DNA of 64,000 bases, filler included, from Basidiobolus ranarum (lineage: Eukaryota), in NCBI GenBank assembly GCA_040143965.1. It is 13 parts of 13 records of this genome, joined end to end, with 100 filler letters (N's around TTAATTAATTAA, not from the genome) between each part and the next. Parts side by side here need not be neighbours in the genome. Positions count along the whole stretch, not along the records: positions 1 to 4,862 come from JASJQH010008680.1; positions 4,963 to 9,820 come from JASJQH010008681.1; positions 9,921 to 14,775 come from JASJQH010008682.1; 10 more parts are not named here. One strand, 5' to 3'. Below the pieces are notes generated by a model, which was not told the origin of the DNA, did no database searches, and saw nothing but the letters and a program-made list of their open reading frames with translations. Made by a program: the position numbers and the translations under genes. Positions 1 through 14,288 of the stretch are shown piece by piece. How positions within the stretch are numbered: position 1 is the stretch's first letter; each line of letters starts with the position of its first letter.

Positions 1-529
1 CCTTGATGGTTTTATGATGGTAAGTAAATAGTCAATCCCAAATGGATTAAAATTGTGATGGTTTTCCTACAATAACCATCCTCAAATTTCTGTTAGGGTA
101 TCACATATAAGTTAGTTTACATTATTTAGTCAAATCTCACAAAGCTATTGACAACTCCACTTTTCTAAAGTTCCTCCAAACAGCCCATATTTTCCCAATA
201 TTGTTTGATTCTCATTATGGCTGGAATACAAAGCCTAAAATATGTAAATCAAGGCATGCATATTAATTTGAATTCTTAGAGCAGTTACCCAGTCACTTGC
301 CATTTAAAAATTAGATTTTGTAAAAATTGCTGGAAATTAAATAACACATGCCAAATGTTAGGATCAATATTTTAACATGTATGAATACCATCAAAATACT
401 CTCAAGAAACCACCATCATACCATCAAAATCCCTGGCACAATCCAAGCCACCAATATTGTGACAGTTCTCTGACAGTTTTGCTCTTTCAGAGGGTGGATT
501 CAATCCAGATCAAATCAATTTTATTTTTG

Positions 530-1100
530 TTAAGGTTAACTGCTATGATTTGATGAGCTCCATCATGTAGAAGATATTGGAACATAACTTCTACAAAGTA
601 TGCAATATCTGGCCTTGTTCTCATATGAATTCCACAATGTCTTTTTAACGCCACCATTGGTCAGGTAAAGGTTTGTCTTCATTGGGACAGATACTGGATC
701 ACATTGATCCATTTTAAGATGCTTGATATATCTAGGATGTACTTTAGCTGGTTCACAATTATTTTTTTTGCAGTTCTGTCTATCTTAAATTGTGTTTCCG
801 GATAGCATATTGGTGCACCAAGATCAGTCATTTTGAATATGGCTAATTAGCAGGATTTGGCTGGTTCAGAAGTCTTGAAGTCATTGGTTGCCATAAGAAG
901 GGCATGTTCATACAACATTACTGAACAAGCTTTGTTGTATCTGGGATGAAGAAGATGCTGTAGACAGCTTTACTCTTTTGGAGTTTGAGTGTTTCCAAAA
1001 AAGTGTCTATAAGGCTATTTTGAGCTTTAGAAGATTTATTTAAGCTATTGAGTGTTTTGTGGAGTCTGCAAGTTTATTAGCAGTTTCTGAATCTACAGAT
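530..1100 (-). mobile_element. Degenerate Ty1/copia reverse transcriptase fragment
   Basis: The minus strand gives copia RT motifs FKMTDLG (~820-840) and TRPDIAY (~600-620) among stops and frameshifts. Confidence 0.6.
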
Positions 1101-1699
1101 CCATATTTCCCATCTAGTAAACTCAGTTGTTTACTGTATAGTTTTCATGAATATAACTTTTTCCACTCAAAGATAAAATTGGCATAGGTCTACAAAAACA
1201 GGAATTAATCTGAACCAACTTCCTGAGAGGTACACTTGAGCTAGGGCACTTGAAAAGTAGCCTTGCTTGTTTTCCAAAATAATATAGCAGAACTATTTTG
1301 GGCTTACTTTGTTAAACATTTTTGTAGCCTCTTAAGAATGGTTTGGAAAACTAATGAATTTGGTGGCCTCCATATATTGAATTTGTGCATTGAAAGTTGA
1401 CATTCAAGGCCCTATTGCAAGGCAATGAAGCCACATATTCAATGTGATCAGCAAGGTCCCAGCAGGATTTGTACCAATCATGATATCATAGTAACAGTCC
1501 TGAATAGCCTGCTACACCAGTATCAGAGTCTAGTAATTGATCTAGAATTAGGAACTTATGAATTGACCTTAAATTCTGTGTTGGGCAGACTTCCAGATGA
1601 ATATTTACAAAATTGGGATCCAACCAAAAGAATGAAGAAAATGCTTTAATAGACTCTGGAAGCCTTCCTATAGTGGTCAAAAGCACTATTCCTATCAAG

Positions 1700-4600
1700 A
1701 AACTATTCACTGATGGCACAATAGATTTGCACATATTGGATTTGATTATTTGGGCAAAATGATCAGAAATTGTCTAATTTCAAGAATTCTAATTAATTTG
1801 TAACCAAAATGAAAATTTGTGAGGGTTGTAAGTATGGAAAACAACCCAGGCAACCATTCAAGAGCTCTGGTTTAGTAAAATCTGTCAAAAACAGGATCTA
1901 ACTGAATCAGATTTGTGTGGTCCTTTGCAAAATTAATCTTTAAATGAAAAAAGATAATTATTCACATTTATTGATGATTATACCGGTTATACATGGGTCT
2001 ACTTTATCAAGAGAAAAGAAGAAGCCCTCTCTATCTTTAGAAATTTTAAAACACTTGTGGAGACTTAGACTGGAACTAAAAACAAGAAAATACATACTGA
2101 TAATACTGGAATATAAAATTCAACACTAATTAAGTATTTTTGAAATGTTCATGGTGTGAAGCAAGAAACCACTGCCCCCTATTCACCTCAAAAACATGGA
2201 GTTGCCAAAAGAGCCAACAGGACTATAATAGATATAGCTAGATCTATGATAAATACACAGTTCATCCCATAACTTATGGGAACAATCTGTTCCTACAGCT
2301 GAGTAGTTGAAGAATAGGAGTTTCACAAGAAGGCTGTCTAACTCTATACCATGTTAAGCTTGGTTTGGAGATAAACTGGATGTAAAATATTAGAGGATCT
2401 TTTGCCACACTGCTTATTTTAGAATTATGACCAAAAATTGGTCTAATTTGATCCAAAAAAATAAGAAATGCATTTATCTAGGTTATTGTACCCAAACTAA
2501 GGCCTACAGACAATGTAATACCAACATCTCTTAGCCGATCAAGTCCAGGAATGTTTTGTTTAATGAATATGACAATATTTCTATTGGGAAAATATGGGCT
2601 GTTTGGAGGAACTATAGAAAAGTGGAGTTGTGAATAGCTTTGTGAAATAATTGTTCATTGTCCAGAAATAAAGCATTTATACTTTTTGGTGGAAATACAG
2701 AAAACTAACACTAGGGTTGTGTTCAGAACATCTGTTGGAGAGAAATGAGCTATCTTTGGGGCAATTTGGACAAGTTTGAAATTTCTAATATGCAATTTCT
2801 AATTCTCACATTATTTGCATATATGTATATTACATATTCCAATTTTCAGCTAAGTGATATTTGACTAAGTAATGTTAACAAACTTATATGTGATATATGA
2901 AATAGTTTGGTATATAAAGCTAGAGATAACAACTATGAAGAAGACAATAAACTTCAACAATTTCATCCAAAATGATTGCAGATAATGAAAAAAATCTATT
3001 TTCTCCTGATCCAATCATCCAAATTGATTGAACCAGAACAATGGAGAAAGTAGCATTCTGGTGGACCCTTCAACCTAAATTCTGCCAACTGAAGGGCCAA
3101 TTACAATGCTAGAAGTAGTAGTACCTATATCCTAAACCAGGAGATCAAATAAGGTCAGAAATAGCTCTGATTACTATATCAATGGGTCACTAAGTTGGGC
3201 CTATGCCTGCACAGCTCAAATATATGAGCCCAGAGTGTAAAGCATGCTTTGAATGGCCTACACAGGAATTTTTGGAGATACACAATGGGTGATCAGTACC
3301 AGGTTTTGATTGAAAATCAAACTTGGACTTCAACCAACTTAACTGATGATAAAAATTAATTGGCTGCCAATGGGTATTTAATGTTAAATACAACTCTGAT
3401 GGCAATATAGAGAGGTACAAGACTAGATAAGTAGCCAAAGGCTACTCCCAAACACCATGAATTGATTATACAGAAACTGTAGCTCCTATAGCAAAGTTTG
3501 ATTTAATTTGGCAATATCAGATAAATGGCAGTTTATAATACATCAAATGGATGTTAACATTGCTTTTTTGAATAATGAGCTTGCTGAGGAGAGCAAATGG
3601 ACCAGCCAGATGCATTTGTGGACCTGGAAAACCCTAAAAAAGCTTGTTGCCTCTGGAAAACACTCCATGGCTTAAAAAAATCTCCAGCAGCTTGTAACAA
3701 CAACTAGATGCTTTTTTGGAAACACTCAAGTTCCAAAAGAGTAAAGCTGACTATAGTATCCATTTCAGACCAGATAAGACAAACCCAGTTTTATTAGCCT
3801 TATAAGAAGATGATCTTATTATAGCAACCAATGACTTGAAGACTTAAGAGAAAACCACTTACTGCTTATCTGTCAAATTCAAAATGACTGATTTTGATGA
3901 ACTGACATACTATCTTGGAATCCAAATGCAGATGGATGGAACTACCATAAAAATGACTTTAAACCGGTCTTAGTATATCCTAGATATGCTAAAGTAGTTT
4001 TAAATGGAATAATATAATCAAGTATCTACCTCAATGGAGACAAATCTTAACTTTACCAAATATAGCTCAAATCAGATGTTTTTGTATTCAAATGAAGGCA
4101 AGAAATGTTCTTATCAATCTATGGTGTGTTATTTGATGTATATCATGGTTGGAACATGGCCAGATATTGTGTATTCAATGGGAGTTATGTGACAATATCT
4201 TCAAAATTACAGATTTGATCAAATTATAGTAGTTAAGCAAATAATCAGATATTTGAAAGGTACTGTGGATCTATGCTTAAAATACACATATTCTAGATCA
4301 AACTTTGATCTGATTGGAGACTCAGATAGAAACGGGGGAATGGATATTGAAGGCAGGTGATCTACAGCAGGATACATATTTCTTTGCTGTAATGGAGCTA
4401 CTTCTTGGAATTCAAAGAAACAACCTAATGTAGCACTTTCAACAACTGAAGCAGAATATATGGCTGTCTGTGAATGAATTGAAGAAGCAATATGGTTAAT
4501 AAAACTCTTAACAGATTTAGGTCAATCTCAACATTTGCCAACTACAATATTTCAAGTAAAGCAAAGTTGTATCAAATGGGCTAAAAATCCCACATTTCAT

Positions 4601-4862
4601 AATAGAAGCCAACATATAGATATTCAGCATCACTTCATTAGACAGATTATAGAGAATATGTTTAATGACTCAACTTATTGTTCTACAGAAGATATGATTG
4701 CTGATATGTTAACCAAACCATTAGCTAGACAGAAATTTGCCAAATTTAGACCTTTATTAGGATTAGTTTATATGACAATTTAGTTGAGGGAGAGTGTTGA
4801 AATTAGCATTGCCTAAACACCAATATAGTCATATATAGCTTAGCACTTAGTTATCTTATAAC
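1700..4862 (+). mobile_element. Decayed Ty1/copia retrotransposon, family A (integrase-RT-RNaseH, PPT, start of 3' LTR)
   Basis: Integrase: CEGCKYGK, DLCGP, TAPYSPQKHGVAKRANRT. RT: YKTR, HQMDV. RNaseH: ALSTTEAEYMA and HIDIQHHFIR...DMIADMLTKPL (stop 4783). PPT GAGGGAGAG 4786-4794, then LTR TGTTGAAATTAG from 4795. INT-RT-RH order indicates copia. Confidence 0.92.
2582..2959 (-). mobile_element. Solo LTR, family C (378 bp), nested in the copia pol
   Basis: Reverse-complement homolog of 25605-25982. Flanked by the 5-bp target-site duplication ATTTC (2577-2581 and 2960-2964). Confidence 0.88.
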
Positions 4863-4962
4863 NNNNNNNNNNNNNNNNNNNNNNNNNNNNNNNNNNNNNN
4901 NNNNNNTTAATTAATTAANNNNNNNNNNNNNNNNNNNNNNNNNNNNNNNNNNNNNNNNNNNN
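4863..4962. other. Artificial contig linker (N44-TTAATTAATTAA-N44; stops in all six frames)
   Basis: The identical 100-nt spacer recurs at 9821, 14776, 19730, 24677, 29621, 34564, 39500, 44436, 49371, 54301 and 59228. The complete contigs between them fall from 4858 to 4827 nt without ever increasing, i.e. a size-sorted concatenation. Confidence 0.99.
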
Positions 4963-5298
4963 ATCCTAATGCTGTTTCCAGACATCAAATTTAAGCTTCG
5001 CATATTTTGTTTGTCTGTTTATTGGTGAGATAGGGCGCGAGATCTTGAATTATACACAAAACCTGGATTTACCTGGATTTGTCTTAATTACCTTCCATCC
5101 TCCATACATCTAAAACCTGCTTTTAGTGGCTGTGACGAAATCATTTAACTTCGCGGTTTTATTGGTAGACAAACTCTGACTCTAGATTCTAACGTGACTC
5201 AATTCTCTAACATACCTGAAAACCTTGTAATCCAACTCTACTTCAGTCTACCACCTTTTAATGCTCTTTATTTATTCTAAACTGTTTTTTCTTTCTAA

Positions 5299-8200
5299 AT
5301 GAATAAACCTCCAAACAATATAACTAGTAGAAGGACTTTTCGAAGACTCTCTATAATGTTTTCTCTACTTTTCTTGACATTGCTATTTTCGACCCCTGGA
5401 TTTACACAAGAAGTACCATCCAAAGAGGTCATTCGACAAAATGGATACTGCTCTATGTATGGCGAATGCGGGCCAAAAACTGATAGCTTCTTTTCAAAGT
5501 CGCTAAGCTGTCCTGCCAACATTCCAGCCGTTAAGGTATATATAAAGTTATAATATGTTCATGTGACTTCAATGTACTAAGCAACGTGACTTTAGCCTGA
5601 TAGTTCCCACTTAGAATTATTGGTGGAAGTGTGCGGGAAAGATTTCGAAAATTCAATGGTCTGCTGCGATGAAGACCAACTAAATTCTCTTCAGCAAAGC
5701 ACCAAAATTGCCTATACTATACTTAGTGCTTGTCCAGCCTGTTTGAATAACTTTTTTTCCTTCTATTGTCAATTCACTTGTTCTCCTAATCAATCTACTT
5801 TTGTTAACGTCACTTCCACTAGTATTTCCCCTAGAACCAAAAAGGAAATTGTTACTGGTGTAGATTTTTATGTGGACCCTGGTTTTGGCACTGGCTTCTT
5901 TAATTCGTGCAAAGATGTGAAATTCCCCTCAGACAATGTATTTGTCATGGATTTGATTGGAGGTGGTGCGAAGAACTATCATGATATGATGAGCTTCATG
6001 GGCCAAGAGAGAATTGGTGGTTCACCATATCCCATTAATTATCCACTTCACGATGACACTGGTCTCTTTACCGCTTTGAATTCGACGGCCAGACGTTGTG
6101 ATGGTGAAGATCTAGCTAGTAGATGTTCGTGTGTTGATTGTGCTTCAGTTTGCCCGATTTTAGATAGTCCATCATCCAACCAAGATAGATGTATGATAGG
6201 TTCGTGGAGTTGTTTGTCTGTTGGATTGTTGACGGGTTATCTAGTTCTACTGCTCTTAGTCGCCTTTGGGGGATATTTAAAACGCCACTTTGGTGATAAA
6301 AGAGACCGCCAAGGATTCGAGCCTGTTCCTCTTAGCGAAGAGGAAGATGCACTTCTCTCTCCTGAGCTGGATGCCAGTCCTCGACCTTATTGGGTTAATA
6401 CCAAATTACAAAACTGGTTTTACAAACAGGGTTACATTTGCTCCGCATATCCTTGGCACGTTATCATTTTGACTCTGCTTTTTGTTGCTTTTTGCTCTCT
6501 TGGCTGGTCTTATTTCCAAGTGGAAACTAGTCCAGAGCGACTATGGGTAGGCCCTGATTCCGATAGTTCAGTGCATAAACGGTATTTCGACGAAAACTTT
6601 GGGCCTTTCTATCGCACACAACAGCTCATTTTCACCCACAAAGAGAACCAGACTGTCATTGAAGAGAAGTACTTGAGACAGTTATTCAAGGTTCAAAACA
6701 AGATTAGTAATTTGAAATCGTCCAACGGGTATACTTTGAATGATTTGTGTTTCAAACCAGTTGGTGATGCTTGTGTGGTTCAGTCGGTCACTGGTTACTG
6801 GCAAGATGACCTTTCGAAGTTCAAGCATAATTCATGGAAGAATGAGTTCAATTCTTGTACTTATCAGCCAAGTAACTGTCTCCCAGAATTCCAACAACCC
6901 ATTAAACCAGACTTGATCCTTGGTGGGTTCGATGAACAACACTACAACGAATCACGCGCCTTGATTGTTACGTACGTTTTGAAGAACTATAACGACAAGC
7001 GTCTAGTATCCAAAGCGCATGAGTGGGAGGAATCTTTACTCACCCTCTTGAATAACATCCACACAGATCCAGAGTTCGATTTGGAGGATATCAATGTCCA
7101 TTATTCAACCGAGGTCAGTAGTTATATTTATTGGCTGTGCATTGGTTTACTTACTGATCTTTATATATACGTGCACAGAGCTCCATCGAATCCGAACTGA
7201 ATCGTTCGTCTAATGCCGATCTCAGCACTGTAGCTCTTAGCTATCTGGTCATGTTTTTATATGCCTCTGTTGCCTTGGGAAAACTGTCCAAAGCATCATC
7301 AATCCGAAGACTTCTGATTGATTCCAAATTTTCATTGGCTATTTGTGGAATTTCCATAGTCGTTGCCTCAGTCTCCGTTTCGGTTGGAGTCTTTTCATTC
7401 GCTGGAGTGAAGATCACGTTGATCATTGCCGAAGTGATTCCATTCCTTGTACTGGCAGTAGGAGTTGACAATATTTTTATCCTCAGTCATGAATTTGAAC
7501 GACAAAGCAGCGATACCAATTTCACTGTTCAGGAGCGTGCAGCTAGGACTCTTGGCAAGATGGGTCCCAGTATTTTCTTGTCGGCGTTATCAGAGACGTT
7601 TGCTTTTGGCTTGGGAAGTTTCGTTACCATGCCAGCTGTAAGCTCCTTTGCTCTCTATGCTTCGTTAGCGATATGGATAGATTTCGTTCTACAAGTTACT
7701 TGCTTCATCTCCTTTATGACTCTGGATGCTCAACGTGAAGAGGTAAGATGTTTAACATTGATGTTTTTCCTTTTCTAAGCATCACTAACTGTCTCGATGT
7801 AGGATAATCTGGTTGATTGCATACCTTGTTTGAGGCTTAGTGCCCCTCAAAAATCTCACGAAGAGGGATTTCTGCAGAAGGTTTTCCGAGTTTACTATGC
7901 TCCGTTTATTCTTAGTCCTCTCGTGAAATCCATCATTTTCATGGTATTCCTAGGCGCTTTTGGTTTCGGAATTTTGAATTCAACTAAAATTGAATTGGGA
8001 TTAGGTAGGATATCCATTGATCGTTGTCAGTGAGCAAACTATTAACATTATATCCTTTAGACCAAAGAATCGCACTCCCTCGAGACTCTTATCTTGTTCC
8101 ATACTTTGATGATTTGGATGCCTACTTCCGTACTGGGCCTCCAGTTTATTTTGTCACGAAAAATGTGAATGCCACATCATTGGAAGGACAGCAAGCAATA

Positions 8201-9358
8201 TGTGGAAGATTTTCTACCTGTCAACCTTACTCACTAGCGAACATTTTGGAGCAAGAGAGAAAGCGCCCTGAAGTTTCTTTCATTGCACAACCAGCGTCAA
8301 TTTGGCTTGATGACTTCTTACATTGGCTTAATCCTGCTGCAGATATGTGCTGCCGATTCCGTAGAGACACCTTAGATGCAAAGCAGCCAGAGATGTGTGG
8401 ACCATTTGATGATGAAGATGATTGCCAAATGTGTATGGATGATCACGATCCATCTTGGAACATTACCATGGCGGGGCTTCCTCAGGGAAGAGAATTCCTC
8501 TTTTATTTGAAATACTGGCTTTCTTCTACTCCTGATGAGGAATGTCCACTCGCTGGCTCCGCTGCTTATGGAGACGCCATTGTAATCGATGAGGAAGCAA
8601 CCACCATCAAAGCATCCCATATTCGAACCTATCATACTCCACTTCGTACTCAATCCGAGTTCATTGCTGGCTACAAAGCTGCTCATAGAATTGCCGCAGA
8701 GGTTTTCGAGGAAACTGGTGTTGAGGTGTTCCCTTATTCCATCTTCTATATATTTTTTGAGCAGTACACATATATAGTTAGCTTATCTTGGAAACTCTTG
8801 TCAATTGCGATCGTTGGAATCGCCGTTATCACCGGAATTTTGCTTGGGAACTTGCGCGCCTCAATTGGTGTATTGACGACGGTTGTGATGATTCTAGTCA
8901 ATGTCATTGGAGGCATGTATCTTTGGGGGATCAGTCTGAACGCAGTTAGCTTGGTGAATCTCATGATATGTGTGGGAATTAGCGTAGAATTTTGCAGTCA
9001 CATTGCTAGATCCTTTGTAATTGGAAATGGAGATGGAAATGAGCGAGCTTACATGGCATTGGTATCAGTGGGTAGCTCCGTATTCTCAGGCATTACATTA
9101 ACCAAGTTCGCTGGTATTATCGTGTTAGCATTCGCACGGTCTCGTATTTTTGAAATATATTACTACCGTATGTACTTGTTAATCGTAGTAATTGGTGCTC
9201 TACATGGCCTCGTTTTCCTCCCCGTTTTCCTTTCCTATCTGGAGCAAGGTAACAGTCCAATCAGCTGCATGCGTAGACCTGTCGTTGGGATGTTGATTGA
9301 TGAAGATGATAATGAGGAAGAATATGAAGAAGACGGTTCAAGACTTGTACAACGATAA
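5299..9358 (+). CDS. NCR1: Niemann-Pick C1 / Ncr1 sterol transporter, 1272 aa; join(5299..5535,5596..7113,7179..7742,7803..8004,8061..9358)
   Basis: Cys-rich NPC1 N-terminal domain (CSMYGECG, CPACLNNF...CSPNQS), FDENFGPFYRTQQLI, sterol-sensing domain (EVIPFLVLAVGVDNIF), GPPVYFV and GISVEFCSHI. Four GT-AG introns of 56-65 nt join the ORFs in frame. Confidence 0.96.
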
Positions 9359-9545
9359 TCCCCACGCGCTAAGCGATGCTCTTCGTATTTCCTTTCTCTC
9401 TCACCTTTACTTCACCTTGATATGTACAATTGTTGTTGAAATAAATAATGTGAATCATTTTGAAATCACCCCAATCCCTCCTCAACTCGTAAGTAATACC
9501 AAGTATTCTCTAGTTGAGATCTTGTTCTGAATAGTTATATGGTAG

Positions 9546-9584
9546 ATGTGGTGTTTATTCAACTTATGTGGTGTTTATTCAACT
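9546..9584. repeat. 20-bp tandem duplication
   Basis: ATGTGGTGTTTATTCAACT occurs twice head-to-tail downstream of NCR1. Confidence 0.9.
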
Positions 9585-10020
9585 CTTATTCCAAAAAAGA
9601 TCTACTGCTATTTAAAATCTAGGGTTGACCTGAGAGTGATAGGCAAGATCTTAGATTCTTTTACAAACAAATATAGCGGCTTTGCAACCCTGTTGAATGA
9701 CTTGAGTAAGGGCATTATATACGGGAGCCTATATCATACACAAATAAGACCATTTCGTTGTCATTAATAAAAAGTAAAAGTCCGTCCTAAACCACACAAA
9801 GTTTACCTTGTGAGCGTCATNNNNNNNNNNNNNNNNNNNNNNNNNNNNNNNNNNNNNNNNNNNNTTAATTAATTAANNNNNNNNNNNNNNNNNNNNNNNN
9901 NNNNNNNNNNNNNNNNNNNNATATGGAGAGCTAAACAAGAAATTTGCATTTTCAAAGTAAGAATTACTACTTTTCAAAGAATAAAACTCCTCACTTTGAC
10001 AATAAGCTAATGCTACTTAC

Positions 10021-10223
10021 AATCTTGGCTGAGGTCCACCAGCAGATCCACTCATATCAATATCACCATCTCGATCTGTACTCTCTTTTGAACCCCCCAC
10101 TCTTGCTAAAACATCGCTCTTATTCCCTAGAGGTCCTCTTGATCCACGAGAATTATTACTACTTCCTTGTGTGAGCGTTGATCTGTAAACACCTCGACTA
10201 CGACGGCCATCTCTACCGCTCAT
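10021..10223 (-). CDS. First exon of an RG-rich protein truncated by the contig end, possibly a Mex67/NXF1-like N-terminus
   Basis: MSGRDGRRSRG...DRDGDIDMSG followed by a GTAAGT donor at 10020. The RG-rich tract plus DxDGDxxM resembles fungal Mex67 N-termini, but this is weak recognition only. Confidence 0.45.
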
Positions 10224-10880
10224 TTTATTGTTCAAGTGCTGAAGGGATTATTAACGTAGTAGCTAAGCTTGTGTTCAAGGTGCGATTCTTACTAATATAT
10301 CCAAATTTTACAGAATAATAAGGGACAAATCGTATATAATGCTATAGATTGAATGAAAATACTGTAAATTTGCGGTAGTGAAATTTCACTCACATTTTGA
10401 TCCGATTTGTTTTCTTTTTTTTTTCGAACGCACTTTTACAATATTCATACAAGAATTGAAGACATAATTTTCTATATCAGACAAATTTCTGTTGTTTACC
10501 AGCGGTCCATATGTAGGTTAATGAAGATGTTACTCATGCCTTAGTTAATCATAGGTGCCAGTATATATATATATTGAGTTTAAATAAACAAAAGCATTTA
10601 TGCATACAATGATAAATCATGTCGACATAAATCTGATTATATATTTTAATAGGTTCATATAAGAATACATCATTTTTCAATTCTTAAAAGTAAACATCTA
10701 TGAATGCCTAATGTAATAACAATAAAATATCAACTGTGTTAATTTCTACCACTATTGAAACCTAGAATTTTTAAATTCTTCGGACGCGAAAAGGTTCTAT
10801 CAACATCACCTTACATATTTTCGACAACCGTGTAGAGTTTTGAATACTAAACCTGATAATTAACTAGGCGTAGATATATT

Positions 10881-13800
10881 ATGACTGAACCAACAACTCC
10901 CAGTGAGCGCCAAGTGCCACCTTCGCCGGAAAGTCGAAAGAATGCACAATTGCCGCTACTTTCTAAATCTCTAAAAACACCTAGTCCAGGATTTGTTTCA
11001 AAAATTCCCATTCCTGCTAGACTTGTCAAAGAAAGATCTCCCAAAACCTCACCCACCGCTATAATTGGTTCCAAAGCGTCTCCTACCGAGCAAAATGAGC
11101 ACTGGCGCCAATATCGTCCTCCATCTAATCCCACGACACCCGTTTCCACAGGAGAAGGTATCTCGGTAGATGATACACATATTTCTGATGGCGACAAGGT
11201 GGTGAAAGACAACTCCAATTATGTTACACCTGTTAAAGATATGAGAGAAGATTCCCTTGCTAAGAGTGACCATAAGTCGGAGCACCACTTGGAGGAGCCG
11301 GTCGCAGACCTCAGTAAAGCTGAGGACACTGTGTCTCCTGTTGATGAATCTTTACAGTCAAATGTTGAGGATAGCAGTCTGAAAGATAAAGCCGATTCAG
11401 ATATAAAGGGAAATCATAAAGTTCATTTCGATGAAAATTCACCCGAGAAAATAGTTAGTTATTGGGATTCTCTACAAACAGCCGCTCCTAATAGCAAAAT
11501 GCCCGATAATACTCCTTACTACAAAAGCCCATTGGCTAATACTGTCAATTTTGATGAAAGTACTACGGAGAATGAGGATAGCGCGTTTATGGGTGAATTA
11601 TCATATGGAAGTGATATCGATGATATTAGAACATATCGACCTTCTTTCTTGGATGAAACTAGCTTTATGTCCGAGATGGACGCTACTAATGCATCCACTA
11701 CTACTTTGGATAAAGAGGCAGTAGTTCAGCGCTTTTTCGCTGGGGCCTCTGAATCAGAATTCACAATTTACGAGGACTCTCGATATGCTGATTTTCCCGA
11801 AAGCTTTGCTAAGACTGATGATCACAGTACTCTCTTAGTAAATCCTGAGTCAAGTGTGACACTTCAGCATTCCATTACAGAAATCGACGCACATCCTAAT
11901 AAGAGTGCTGATGTAGAAGCCAAGGCACACGATTCTTCTGAATCTGATAAAACTGATATTACTGGCACTTCAGAGACAATAGAGACACATGTTGAAAATT
12001 CTAATACCGAAGATGTTGTTCATCAATCAGGCGGAGCTGAACTAGAAGCTTCCGAAAGTGATATTGAGAATAACGTGAAACTATACAGTGAAGTTGTCCA
12101 AGATATGAGCGAAAATACAGCACCTACCGACGCCCCTGTTGGTGCTTTAGAGACTGAACAGACTGTTCCTGTACAAGCCGAATCCCCTGAAGATTCCGAG
12201 CAAACCGTCCCGGAACAGGAGGCTAACACTGATTCTCTTACGCGTCCAAACATCTCATATGCTGATATCGTTTCTTATTCATCACAACATACTTCAGAGC
12301 AAGATGAACAAGATGATAATAAAACAATGGAATCCGAGCCATCCAATATGGAGGAGAGTTTGGATAATTCATGGCCATTGAAGTTCCCACTGCCCAGTAC
12401 TCCATTTGGTCAAGAGGCTTCTACTCAAATCGAAAACCTATCTCAAACTGATGCGGATTATCATTCAGAGATAACGTGGAACTACAATGAGGAGCTTGGT
12501 ACCGATAATAATGATGAGAAACTTTTGCATCAGGATGCTAGTATTGACGAGGTCACATTGGGTATAGATAGTAAAGAAGAGATTGACAACTCTACCTCAT
12601 ATGATCCTCATAGCACTGAGGAAGGCGATCAAGAAGATGCTGTTAATACTATCTCATATGGTGCACATAGTACCGAGGAAAATGCCCAAGAGGTTTATAG
12701 TTCTATATCAGATTATATACATAGCAATGGGGATAATGATCTTGATTACGACAAGAAAGAACCATCCGATGCAGAAATTGATAATAGTGATTTGCCCTCT
12801 TCCAACAGCTATAGTAGGGATAGTGAAACTCGGAGCTTTTCTAACGTTGAAACTCCTCACAAGATTCTTAAACAGTTATCCTCCAGACAGGTTTCCTCCG
12901 CACCACCACCAGCTAAACTTGATGAATATTACAGTTATGAATCAGAACTACCAAAAAGCGCCAAAACCGTCCGAGAATTGACACCCATGAGACTTCTTCA
13001 ATCACTTTCTAGAATGACAACTCCATCTGAGACTATCAAGAATCTCAACGATAGATTTAAGGACTCTGACATTTCTATGTCCGAACTTGACGATACATTC
13101 ATTCGCCCTGCATTAGAATCCGAACTAGTTTCGGATGAATCTATTCATAATTCTATCTCAACTGATGATAAAGAAATCTCCGACAATGAGAATAAATCCA
13201 AGGTAGACTTTGAACAATCTCGATTCTACTCGGATCAAGATGAAAGTTCACTCCTTGACCAGTACGATTCTCAATTTGAACGGAGTGAGTTGGAAGAATA
13301 TAGCCCTAATCAGGTTTAAAAACTTTCTTTATACATTGTTTAGAAATTGATGAGATATGCTAACTTCATTTAAGACATTTGAGGAGTCGCAGCTCGAAGA
13401 ACCTAGTCTTAATGCTGATGATTTCTTGTATGAAGATATGGTTCAGGCGATTAATAATTTGAAAGAGATCATGGGCGAACTGAAGGATGGTCAGGATATT
13501 CATAGGTACAACGTCAATTTATGCTTCTTCATATTAGATTAGTACTTGTTACTTATACCCTTTATTTATGCTAGAAACCTCGGCGATGCTCTCGAAGCCA
13601 ACCTAAATGAACTCAACGACAAAACTCATAAGCGTGACGGTTTACTTTTAGAAATGACCACGATGAAAGAGATCGTTGACCAAACAAACGTTAGTAGTCC
13701 TTAAAGTTCAATATTCTCTTGATACAGTTTTTCATCTATACAATTCCAAATTCTTAGAACGAAATGGGTGAACTTAAGTCTCAACTGGACAAACGAGTCC

Positions 13801-14288
13801 GTTCGGAGGAAGAAGTAGATGCTAAGCTTGCTGATGTGACAGAAGTCGTGGACACACTGAAACTGCGCATAAAGAATAAAGCCGAACAGGTTTGGTTTCT
13901 TTCTCTTTGAAATTGTATAGTCTTGTTAATAACAGAGCTCCCCTATTTAGCTCAACCATTCACGCGATACGAGGACGTTTGGTTCATTGTCATCTTTTAT
14001 TTTCAACGCGTTGATCTTATTGGGAGTATTTGTAGTTCTGGAATTACTTTTCGTAAGGGTTATGTTAAGGTATGTATCTCTCGATCTTCGAAATTTGATG
14101 ATTTGTGGTCTAACTTTCGTATGAATAGAAACTACGAGCAACCTGCTTTTGGTACCATGTCACATGGGACCTTATATCCTAGAGATCAGGTAGATCAACC
14201 TTGGTCTGTTCATTTTGCAAGAAATATATGGGAGCTTCTTGTAAGTGTATTCCATGGAAGTGCTAGTGGGATGTCCGTACCATCTTAG
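10881..14288 (+). CDS. Acidic low-complexity protein with C-terminal coiled coil, single TM helix and ...SVPS end, 1029 aa; join(10881..13313,13375..13505,13575..13689,13758..13889,13951..14069,14129..14288)
   Basis: An 811-codon first exon and five short introns splice in frame (3090 nt total). Heptad-like exons (LEANLNELNDK, MGELKSQLDKR) precede a hydrophobic FIFNALILLGVFVVLELLFV segment. Confidence 0.8.
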
